A stretch of DNA of 64,000 nt from Spirosoma fluviale. Lineage in GTDB: Bacteria > Bacteroidota > Bacteroidia > Cytophagales > Cyclobacteriaceae. Shown here piece after piece: positions 9,664 to 17,698 of the stretch. The DNA lies in contig CAMDEU010000002.1 in NCBI GenBank assembly GCA_945897085.1, positions 4 to 64,003 of the forward strand, read 5' to 3'. A model generated the notes under the pieces. The model had not been told where the DNA came from. It saw only the letters and a list, made by a program, of their open reading frames with translations, and made no database searches. Every line of letters starts with the position of its first letter. Within the stretch, counting starts at the first letter, position 1. The position numbers were made by a program, and so were the translations under genes.

Positions 9664-11394
9664 ATGAGTCCCATTGACCCTTCTATTTTAAAAAAGGCGG
9701 AAAGCTGGTTAGCAAGCTCAATAGATGAAGCCAGCAAGGCGAGCATTAGACAATTAATTGAAACGAATCCTACAGAATTGATTGATTCTTTTTACCAGGA
9801 TTTGGAATTCGGTACAGGGGGATTGCGCGGATTGATGGGTGTGGGCACCAACCGGATAAATGTCTACACCGTAGCCATGGCAACACAAGGGTTGGCCAAT
9901 TATTTAGTTGCATGCTTTCCGGGTGAAAAAATTAAGGTTGCAATTACCCACGACAGCAGAATCAACAACACCCTCTTTGCGATGACTACTGCGGATGTAT
10001 TTACCGCAAATGGCATCGAAGTGATGTACTTTAGAGAAATGCGCCCCACTCCAATGCTTTCCTTTGCGGTAAGGCACTTTGGATGTAAGTCTGGGGTCAT
10101 GATTACCGCTTCCCACAATCCCAAGGAATACAATGGCTACAAGGCCTATTGGGAAGATGGAGCACAGGTGGTAGCACCACACGATGAAAACATCATCAAG
10201 GAAGTTCAAAAAATCACCTCTTTCGAGCAAGTAAATTGGAATAACCAGGATGAACTGATCCATTACATTGAAGAAGACTTTGATGCGATATACCTCGAAA
10301 GAGTAAAAGAGCTAAGCCTATCCAAGGATGCGATTCTGTCACAAAAATCAATGCCTATCGTGTTTTCGCCTATCCATGGAGCTTCTGGCAAAATGGTTCC
10401 CGATGCATTAAGGGTATTTGGTTTTGAAAATATTCAAATCGTGAAGGAACAGGCAGAACCCGACGGTAATTTTCCAACGGTAATCTACCCCAATCCTGAA
10501 GAAGCTGAGGCACTCACCCTAGCAGTAGCATTAGGTCAAAAAGTAGGTGCAGCGCTTGTGCTTGCCTGTGATCCGGATGGAGATCGCTATGCAGCCGTTG
10601 TACCCAATGAACTGGGAGAATATGAATTGCTCAATGGAAATCAAACAGGAACGCTCCTTACCTATTACATTTTATCCAGAAGAAAGGAGCTCGGCCTTGC
10701 CAGTGCAACTGATTTTATGGTAAATACGATCGTTACGACCGAACTGATCAATAAAATCGCAGAAGGTTTCGGGGTTACTTGCTATAATGTGCTTACTGGA
10801 TTTAAGAATATTGCTTCTATAATCCTTCAGAAGGAAGAAAAGGAAACTTTTATTGCTGGCGGTGAAGAGTCCTTTGGGTTCCTGGTTGGAGATTTTGTTC
10901 GAGATAAGGATGGCGTCAGTGCCTGCGCACTTGTAGCAGAAGCGGTAGCCTACTACAAAACTCAAGGAAAAACCGTGTTTGCCGTACTCGCAGAAGTATA
11001 CCAGCAGTTTGGCTTTTATAAGGAAGCTCTTATTTCGGTCACTAAAAAAGGAAAAGACGGTGCAGAACAAATTCAGGAGCTCATGAATCAATTCCGAACT
11101 AATCCACCGAAGGAAATGAATGGATCTGCAGTGGAAATGATTTACGATGTCAAAAATGCAAGCATTAGCTATCCGAAAACTCAAAAAGTAGAAGTTTTGG
11201 ATTTAGACAATTCCAATGTCATGCAATTTTACCTCGCCGATGGAAGCAAAATTTCTGCCCGACCATCAGGAACTGAACCGAAAATAAAATACTATTTTTC
11301 AGTCAATACAACTATTTCAAATACAGCTGATTATCGTAAAGTTGAAAAAGTATTACTTGAGAATCTTGAGGGATTAAAAAAATACTTCAGCTGA
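9664..11394 (+). CDS. Phosphoglucomutase/phosphomannomutase (alpha-D-phosphohexomutase)
   Basis: FGTGG, TASHNP, DPDGDR, GEES and RPSGTEPK motifs. Confidence 0.95.
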   Translation: MSPIDPSILKKAESWLASSIDEASKASIRQLIETNPTELIDSFYQDLEFGTGGLRGLMGVGTNRINVYTVAMATQGLANYLVACFPGEKIKVAITHDSRINNTLFAMTTADVFTANGIEVMYFREMRPTPMLSFAVRHFGCKSGVMITASHNPKEYNGYKAYWEDGAQVVAPHDENIIKEVQKITSFEQVNWNNQDELIHYIEEDFDAIYLERVKELSLSKDAILSQKSMPIVFSPIHGASGKMVPDALRVFGFENIQIVKEQAEPDGNFPTVIYPNPEEAEALTLAVALGQKVGAALVLACDPDGDRYAAVVPNELGEYELLNGNQTGTLLTYYILSRRKELGLASATDFMVNTIVTTELINKIAEGFGVTCYNVLTGFKNIASIILQKEEKETFIAGGEESFGFLVGDFVRDKDGVSACALVAEAVAYYKTQGKTVFAVLAEVYQQFGFYKEALISVTKKGKDGAEQIQELMNQFRTNPPKEMNGSAVEMIYDVKNASISYPKTQKVEVLDLDNSNVMQFYLADGSKISARPSGTEPKIKYYFSVNTTISNTADYRKVEKVLLENLEGLKKYFS

Positions 11395-11398
11395 GAAA

Positions 11399-11443
11399 AA
11401 ACCAAAAACAGGCCCCGTAAAATACGGGATCTGTTTTTGGTTT
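11399..11443. terminator. Probable bidirectional intrinsic terminator
   Basis: Long inverted repeat AAACCAAAAACAGG-C-CCCGTA / TACGGG-A-TCTGTTTTTGGTTT between convergent genes. Confidence 0.8.
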
Positions 11444-11457
11444 AAGGAGGATTGATT

Positions 11458-12402
11458 TTATTCTTCTCCAATATGAAGTAAGGCGTCTCCCACATTGACT
11501 ACCGGATTATTATTGACTCCAATAAGATGTCCTGTAATACTTGCAAGTACAGTTACCACAACCTGCCCATAGGGGTCAGAAATGGTAGCTAATTGGTCTC
11601 CTTTGCGTACAAAATCACCTAGCTGTACAATGCATGAGAATATTCCAGATGCTTTGGCACGAATCCAGGTACTGTCTTTTAATACAAGTGTGGTTTGCGG
11701 GACTTGAGGTGCATCAATCATCTCCAAATGATGTAAAAGCCTTTTGGTGCCTGAAATCCCTTCGGCAATTGAATAGGGATCTAAGCGCATAGATTCCCCT
11801 CCCTCATACACCAATAGGTGTTTCTTTCCTTTGTAGGCTGTTTTCCGAAAAGATTTATCAATATGCTTCGAATGCACTACATAGTGTGTTCCAAAGGCTT
11901 TGGCTAATTCTACGCCTACCTTATCCTTGAAATCCACTCGAATTTGAGGATGATTTGAAATCATTCTACCCCCTGTGTGGAAGTCTATTCCAAAATCAAT
12001 CCATGGTAGGATTTCCTGACTCAAGATATGGGCAATTCGAGAAGCAAGTGAGCCTTTTTTACTTCCTGGGAAACTCCGATTTAAGTCACGCCCATCAGGA
12101 AAAGTGCGGCTATTCGAAAGGAAGCCATAAATATTGACTAGGGGAATAACAATCACTGCACCGCGAACTAATTCCAGCTCTTGATCAAATGCTTCTAAAA
12201 GCTTTTTTGTAGTTGTGATTCCGTTAATTTCATCCCCATGAACGCCACCGCTGATCAGCACTACTGGCCCTTCAATTGGAGAGGATCGGATAAAAATGGG
12301 TAGATCAATTACAGTATGGGTGGGAAGTTTGGCGATTGGGATTTTAATATCGGCTTTTTCTCCAGCCCTAACCTTCACTCCGTGTATGATTAATTCTTTC
12401 AT
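11458..12402 (-). CDS. Succinylglutamate desuccinylase/aspartoacylase family (M14) protein
   Basis: HGDE, DLNRSFPG, DFHTG and YEGG motifs plus a C-terminal hybrid domain; ATG 12402. Confidence 0.9.
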   Translation of the reverse strand: MKELIIHGVKVRAGEKADIKIPIAKLPTHTVIDLPIFIRSSPIEGPVVLISGGVHGDEINGITTTKKLLEAFDQELELVRGAVIVIPLVNIYGFLSNSRTFPDGRDLNRSFPGSKKGSLASRIAHILSQEILPWIDFGIDFHTGGRMISNHPQIRVDFKDKVGVELAKAFGTHYVVHSKHIDKSFRKTAYKGKKHLLVYEGGESMRLDPYSIAEGISGTKRLLHHLEMIDAPQVPQTTLVLKDSTWIRAKASGIFSCIVQLGDFVRKGDQLATISDPYGQVVVTVLASITGHLIGVNNNPVVNVGDALLHIGEE

Positions 12403-12479
12403 AATTGGATAGTTGCTTCTGCAATTCAATTTCACATTGGCGTAAAATCTTCTTTACTTCGCAGGACAAGTATTGGCCC

Positions 12480-13493
12480 ATGAAGATACAAGAAAACATT
12501 TCTTTGAAACCCTTTACCACCTTTGGAATTAATAAAAAGGCAAAATTTTTCACTAGGGTAAGCACATTAGCGGAATTAAAATCTGCGTTAATCGCAGCAA
12601 AAGAAAAACAATTCCCTGTCTTAATCCTTGGCGGCGGAAGTAATATATTACTCACACAAGATGTTGAAGGTCTAGTCATCAAACTAGAAATCAAAGGAAT
12701 ACAGGTAGTTAAGGAAGATGAGGATCACCTTTGGGTTGAAGTAGGTGCTGGGGAAGTTTGGCATGAGCTAGTCATGCATTGCATTGCCCAAAACTGGGCT
12801 GGGTTAGAAAACCTTTCCTTAATTCCAGGAACAGTTGGTGCTTCGCCCATGCAAAATATTGGGGCCTATGGAGTGGAGATTAAGGATGTATTTTCTAGCC
12901 TTCAAGCCATGGATAGAGATACACTGGAAATCCATTCTTTTGATGGTGAGGCCTGCCAGTTTGGATACAGAGAAAGTATCTTTAAACAAGCCTTCAAAAA
13001 TAAATATGTAATTACTTCTGTCACCTTTCAGTTGGCTAAAACACCTGAGTTTCGTTTGGAATATGGAGTTATTCAAGAAGTACTTCAAGCCAAGGGAGTT
13101 CAACATCCAAGTCTTCGCGAGGTGAGTGAAGCGGTGATTCAAATTAGACAATCCAAGCTTCCTGATCCTAAAGAAATTGGAAATGCGGGTTCATTTTTCA
13201 AAAATCCAAGCATCCCAAGCAATCAATTTGAGGAGCTGCGAGTCCTACATCCAACCCTTCCTGGATATCCTAGTTCAGAAGGTGTAAAAGTAGCTGCTGG
13301 CTGGCTAATCGAACAAGCGGGATGGAAAGGCAAACGAATAGGCGATGTAGGCGTACACGCCAAGCAAGCGCTTGTGTTGGTGAACTATGGGGAAGGAACT
13401 GGTGAAGAAATCAAAAAGCTTTCGGAGCAGATCCAAGCTTCTGTGTTTGATAAATTTGGGATTCAACTCCAGGCAGAGGTAAATTTCATCTAG
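12480..13493 (+). CDS. murB: UDP-N-acetylmuramate dehydrogenase
   Basis: GGGSNIL, IPGTVGA, QNIGAYG, GNAGSFFKNP motifs; ATG 12480. Confidence 0.96.
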   Translation: MKIQENISLKPFTTFGINKKAKFFTRVSTLAELKSALIAAKEKQFPVLILGGGSNILLTQDVEGLVIKLEIKGIQVVKEDEDHLWVEVGAGEVWHELVMHCIAQNWAGLENLSLIPGTVGASPMQNIGAYGVEIKDVFSSLQAMDRDTLEIHSFDGEACQFGYRESIFKQAFKNKYVITSVTFQLAKTPEFRLEYGVIQEVLQAKGVQHPSLREVSEAVIQIRQSKLPDPKEIGNAGSFFKNPSIPSNQFEELRVLHPTLPGYPSSEGVKVAAGWLIEQAGWKGKRIGDVGVHAKQALVLVNYGEGTGEEIKKLSEQIQASVFDKFGIQLQAEVNFI

Positions 13494-13972
13494 ATCAACA
13501 GATCACTTACTTCCAATTTTTTAGCGTATAGCTGCACTTTTACTCCAAACTTTGCCAAAAAGTCTACCCCTTCATCCGAGCCAATACCCTTGTATTCTGC
13601 ATAGGAAAAAAGGTAGACAACCTTAGAAATTCCCATAGAATAAATAATCCGGGCACAAGCTAGACAAGGAGATAAAGTCACATAAAGAGTAGAACCTTCA
13701 ACGGAGGTATTGTTCTTTACAGCATAAAGAATAGCATTTTGTTCTGCATGCAAAGCCAAGGAGCAACTTCCCTTGGAGTCACGCGCACAACCCTCACTTG
13801 GAAATTCCACATCGCAATTATGCGTACCGGCTGGCGGTCCATTGTATCCGATGGAAATTATACGCGTATCCTTCGTCAATACGGCTCCCACATGCTTTTT
13901 TATGCAATGGGATCGTTTGGCAAGGTTAACCGCCAATTCCATATAGATATCGTCAAAATCAGGTCTGCTCAT
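13490..13972 (-). CDS. dCMP deaminase / ComEB family zinc deaminase
   Basis: GYNG, HAEQNA and PCLAC motifs. Confidence 0.92.
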   Translation of the reverse strand: MSRPDFDDIYMELAVNLAKRSHCIKKHVGAVLTKDTRIISIGYNGPPAGTHNCDVEFPSEGCARDSKGSCSLALHAEQNAILYAVKNNTSVEGSTLYVTLSPCLACARIIYSMGISKVVYLFSYAEYKGIGSDEGVDFLAKFGVKVQLYAKKLEVSDLLI

Positions 13973-14100
13973 GGATATAATTTGTTAAAAATAACATTAG
14001 TAGCGGTAGTCAAAAACACAATCTTTAGAATACCCGTATTTTTTTCATGAAAAAGATAAATTAACTTCACATTTGCCCGTTTAAACAAAAAAATCCATTG

Positions 14101-14682
14101 ATGCATCGATTAAATATTTCTCGTTTTTTCATCTTTTTCCTCTTCCCGTTCTGCACTGCATGCAGCACTGTGGAGGTTTTTGTGGAAAACAAGGAAATAC
14201 CCTTTCAAAAAACATATACCAGCTTTGTATTGGTCAATAAAGAATTGGGAATTCAAGGCTTTGCGGACTCCGATCTGGACAAACAAGTGCAGCTTGAATT
14301 AGAAGCTCAATTAGTTGCTGCCGGTCTTGTCTACGACCCTAAGCAGCCCGATTTGGTGATACGCTACCACTCAAATGAAGATCTGAGACAGCGGGAAAGC
14401 GTGAATACCATGAATTCTTATCCCTTTTGGGGTATGCGGATGTATAATCCATGGCTGTTTAATCCCATGATGGGAAATTACAGACCCCAAGTAACTACGA
14501 CTAAGTATGCCTTGCTTCAGGTTATCCTCGATGTGATTGATCCAGAGCAAGACAAGTACCTAATGACACTCACGGGAGTAGCTGAAGTATCTCAGCCTAA
14601 AAGCAAGCCAAAAATCACCCTAAAAGTTGTGGAAAAGACAGCAAATACCTTTCTTCAGTATAATTCTACCCCAATTAAATAG
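14101..14682 (+). CDS. DUF4136-like lipoprotein
   Basis: Hydrophobic N-terminus with Cys (CTAC), PDLVI motif and an aromatic/Gly/Pro-rich loop. Confidence 0.65.
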   Translation: MHRLNISRFFIFFLFPFCTACSTVEVFVENKEIPFQKTYTSFVLVNKELGIQGFADSDLDKQVQLELEAQLVAAGLVYDPKQPDLVIRYHSNEDLRQRESVNTMNSYPFWGMRMYNPWLFNPMMGNYRPQVTTTKYALLQVILDVIDPEQDKYLMTLTGVAEVSQPKSKPKITLKVVEKTANTFLQYNSTPIK

Positions 14683-14684
14683 CC

Positions 14685-14993
14685 ATGGAAAAAAAATACC
14701 AGTCCTTAAAAGAATTTTATCCCTACTATTTATCTGAGCATCAGCACCCTACCTCTCGAATCCTCCATTTTGTGGGTACAGGCTTGGTATTAGTTGTGCT
14801 TGGATTGGCCATCGCATTGAAGAATTATAGTTGGCTAGCTGGAATTCCTGTGCTTGGTTATGGTTTTGCCTGGGTGGGTCACTTCTTTTTTGAAAAGAAT
14901 AAACCTGCGACTTTCACTTATCCATTTTACAGCCTTGCTTCAGATTTCTTATTGTTTTTTGATCTGCTTCGAGGAAAAGAAAAATTTTCGTGA
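14685..14993 (+). CDS. DUF962 (Mpo1-like) small membrane protein
   Basis: YLSEH, LHFVGT and GYGFAWVGHFFFEKNKPATF motifs. Confidence 0.88.
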   Translation: MEKKYQSLKEFYPYYLSEHQHPTSRILHFVGTGLVLVVLGLAIALKNYSWLAGIPVLGYGFAWVGHFFFEKNKPATFTYPFYSLASDFLLFFDLLRGKEKFS

Positions 14994-15105
14994 ACCGAGG
15001 ATTAGCGCACTATTTTTTTTCAAAATCTGAATTAATTTAGCTGTGCATTCAAATTGGATAAAAAAAAACCATCTGCTCTAAATTGGGTTTTATCACTAAA
15101 AAAAT

Positions 15106-15591
15106 ATGGCGACAGCAACTCCAGAATTAATCTCGGCTTTGGAACGAACAGCGTCCAAACTTCAACAAGGCGCCTCTTACCAATGGGGGCACATGGGCGC
15201 CTGCAATTGTGGAAATTTAGCGCAGGAGCTCACTCCTTTTTCTCGGGCTGAAATTCATCAATATGCGATGCAGCGCCATGGAGATTGGAACGAGCAGCTT
15301 ATCGATTACTGTCCAAGCAGCGGTTATCCCATAGATCTGATCGTATCCAAAATGTTAGAGAAAGGACTAAGACTTGTGGATTTGGGACACCTTGAACGAT
15401 TGTCAGACCCAGAGATTCTCGCACAAATCGAAAAAGAAAGAAGAGATTCTATAAATAAAAATTCAAGAGAAGATGTTATTTTTTACTTGCATGTTTGGGC
15501 TAACTTATTGAGAGAAAAGTGGATTTCAGCAAACCCATCATTGGAAGTACCAAGAATTGAAAAAAAATTAAAGTCACCGCTATTGGTGTAA
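15106..15591 (+). CDS. Hypothetical protein with a WGHMGACNCG motif
   Basis: 161-aa ORF with ATG after an A-rich leader and normal composition. Confidence 0.75.
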   Translation: MATATPELISALERTASKLQQGASYQWGHMGACNCGNLAQELTPFSRAEIHQYAMQRHGDWNEQLIDYCPSSGYPIDLIVSKMLEKGLRLVDLGHLERLSDPEILAQIEKERRDSINKNSREDVIFYLHVWANLLREKWISANPSLEVPRIEKKLKSPLLV

Positions 15592-15648
15592 TTAATTTTT
15601 TGGTTTATTTCGTATCGTTGAATCATAAAAACCCTTTTAAAGAAGACT

Positions 15649-15864
15649 ATGGAGGATTTTGAAGAAGAATTCGAAGAAATGGAAGAGTTTGAGGAGGAAG
15701 AGGACGACTTTGCAGACGATTTTGAGGATGGATATGACCTCGAAGAAGACAACGAGTTCCTAGATGACAACATTGTTGACTTCGACGAAGACGAAGCCGA
15801 TGACGATTTTGATGACTTCGAGGACGAAGAAGAACAAGAATCGTTTGACGACGGCCTGGATTAA
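15649..15864 (+). CDS. Small polyacidic (Asp/Glu/Phe-rich) protein
   Basis: 71 aa, 45 D/E and 10 F by manual count, no K/R/H. Mixed GAA/GAG/GAT/GAC codons suggest a coding constraint. Confidence 0.7.
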   Translation: MEDFEEEFEEMEEFEEEEDDFADDFEDGYDLEEDNEFLDDNIVDFDEDEADDDFDDFEDEEEQESFDDGLD

Positions 15865-15914
15865 AAGGTAAATCTGGTCTCACCTACTTTCTTGTAATTC
15901 CGAGGCCACTATTC

Positions 15915-15922
15915 TATATTTG
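15915..15922 (+). promoter_or_regulatory. Bacteroidota sigma-A -7 box
   Basis: TATATTTG matches TAnnTTTG, 28 nt before ATG 15951. Confidence 0.6.
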
Positions 15923-15950
15923 TAAGCTATTCACTGAGAAAATTAACCTT

Positions 15951-16100
15951 ATGATACTAGTAAATATCTTTAGTTCGCCCATCGAGCCTGGAGCACAGTT
16001 GTTTTTATTGATTGTTTGTATCCTGATTGGACTTGGTGCAGGGATATCTGCGGCGGATGCACGAAGTACTTTTGCCAAGAAAAAGAAAAGCGAACATTAA
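15951..16100 (+). CDS. 49-aa single-pass membrane protein
   Basis: Manual translation: MILVNIFSSPIEPGAQLFLLIVCILIGLGAGISAADARSTFAKKKKSEH*. It has a promoter box upstream and a terminator downstream. Confidence 0.7.
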   Translation: MILVNIFSSPIEPGAQLFLLIVCILIGLGAGISAADARSTFAKKKKSEH

Positions 16101-16111
16101 TTTGTCATACC

Positions 16112-16138
16112 AAAGGAGGTCTCAAGCCTCCTTTTTTT
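16112..16138 (+). terminator. Intrinsic terminator
   Basis: AAAGGAGG-tctcaag-CCTCCTTT followed by a T-run. Confidence 0.75.
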
Positions 16139-16148
16139 ATTTCTACCC

Positions 16149-16586
16149 ATGAAAATTCAAAATTTCGGGAACCATACCCGGTACGACCCTTTTAACCACT
16201 TTTTACTCACGCCACTCATCCTTATTTTTCTAGGTTGGACTGTCAGTAAGATGAATTTTTCCTCTCAAGAAGCCACACTAGACAGTTGGTTCCTCTTTAT
16301 TGTAGCATTCATCCTTTTCCTGCTCCCATTGCTTGTGCGTTCCTATGCCCTCAAACTTCAAAACCGAATCATCCTCAATGAGATGAGAAACCGCTATTTC
16401 CACCTTACGGGAAAGACTTTCGATGAGAAGGAAAGAGAATTGAAGCTCGGTCAAATTATTGGGCTACGCTTTGCAAGTGACGAGGAGCTCCTGGGTTTGA
16501 TGGACCGAGCGATTGCAGAAAAATTAACGGCCAAAGAAATTAAGCAGCAGATCAAAAACTGGAAGGGTGACTACATCCGTGTGTAA
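16149..16586 (+). CDS. DUF6526-like membrane protein
   Basis: QNFGNH, LQNRII, LRFASDEEL and WKGDYIRV motifs; two TM helices. Confidence 0.75.
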   Translation: MKIQNFGNHTRYDPFNHFLLTPLILIFLGWTVSKMNFSSQEATLDSWFLFIVAFILFLLPLLVRSYALKLQNRIILNEMRNRYFHLTGKTFDEKERELKLGQIIGLRFASDEELLGLMDRAIAEKLTAKEIKQQIKNWKGDYIRV

Positions 16587-17696
16587 TTAGTCGAAAACCC
16601 TCCTTGAAATTGCTTCCCTTAAAAGCCCTTGAAATTGTTCTCGGGCTTTCTTTTTGAAGTCAGGCTGCGCAAAATCAAGTGCTGGCAATTCCAGAACGGC
16701 ATTAAATCCAGAATTGTACCCTTCTTTCCCAGATGCGATAAGGGCTATTTTATTACCCTGTTCACGGGCAAGTTGCAGCAATTCATAGCAGGCTTTTCCG
16801 GCTTCACTTTGTAGATCGTATCGCCCCTCCCCAGTAATGATCCAATCAGCAGCAGCTACTTTCTCGGACATCCCTACTTTTTCAAAAAAATAAGGAGCGC
16901 CAAATTCAAGTTTGCAAGGAAAAAATTGGTTCAAACCCAAAGCTATCCCACCAGCCGCTCCAAAGCCTTCTTGATCCATCAGTCCACTTTTTGATTTTCG
17001 AGATAGTAAATCCACAAAGTCTGAAGTAATTCCTTCCATAGCCTCTAATTCGGCTTCCTTGATTCCTTTTTGGGGACCAAAAATACAGACTGCGCCATTC
17101 GGTCCAAAAAAAGGGTTCTTCACATCACAAAGAAGCGAAAAGGAAATATCTGGGAGTTTAAGGGGCCGTTGAATATGTTTGCTCCGCTTTAAAAAATCTG
17201 GTGAGAAAGCTGGCAGCTCCCTTCCATGCTCATCTAAAAATAAGAATCCAAAGGCTTGAAGGATACCCGCACCGATATCCACAGTCGCTGATCCTCCTAG
17301 TCCTAAGACCACCTGCTTTGCACCACGATTTATTGCTTCTTGGATAAGCAAGCCCGTTCCAAAAGTGGAGGTCAGGCCAGGATCGCGATTTTGAGGCTTC
17401 AACACGCCTATTCCAGAACAGGTGGAAACATCTAAAAAGGCTGTTTTTGTAGACTCCTCCCAGCCATAAAATCCAAGAATAGGCTGTCCAATGGCATTTA
17501 AAGAGCTACAGCATACCTTTTTTAATCCAATGGATGCGATTAGTAATTCGCAAGTTCCATCTCCCCCATCTGCTACCGCTTGACTCAAATAGGTTGCAGC
17601 AGGATATTCTTGGGCTAAAACCTCCTCAAGCATAGAAACGGCCTCTAGGGCAGTAAATGTTCCTTTGAAAGCGTTTGGAGCAATTAAAAACCTCAT
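16587..17696 (-). CDS. Glycerate kinase (GarK/GlxK type)
   Basis: IAPNAFKG, ADGGDGT, LGLGGSATVD, GAAGG, ITGEGRYD motifs. Confidence 0.93.
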   Translation of the reverse strand: MRFLIAPNAFKGTFTALEAVSMLEEVLAQEYPAATYLSQAVADGGDGTCELLIASIGLKKVCCSSLNAIGQPILGFYGWEESTKTAFLDVSTCSGIGVLKPQNRDPGLTSTFGTGLLIQEAINRGAKQVVLGLGGSATVDIGAGILQAFGFLFLDEHGRELPAFSPDFLKRSKHIQRPLKLPDISFSLLCDVKNPFFGPNGAVCIFGPQKGIKEAELEAMEGITSDFVDLLSRKSKSGLMDQEGFGAAGGIALGLNQFFPCKLEFGAPYFFEKVGMSEKVAAADWIITGEGRYDLQSEAGKACYELLQLAREQGNKIALIASGKEGYNSGFNAVLELPALDFAQPDFKKKAREQFQGLLREAISRRVFD

Positions 17697-17698
17697 TC

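Noticed and set aside
15483-15883. Ser-rich and Arg/Leu-rich minus-strand ORFs
   Set aside because: They are reverse-complement shadows of the GAN-rich acidic ORF.
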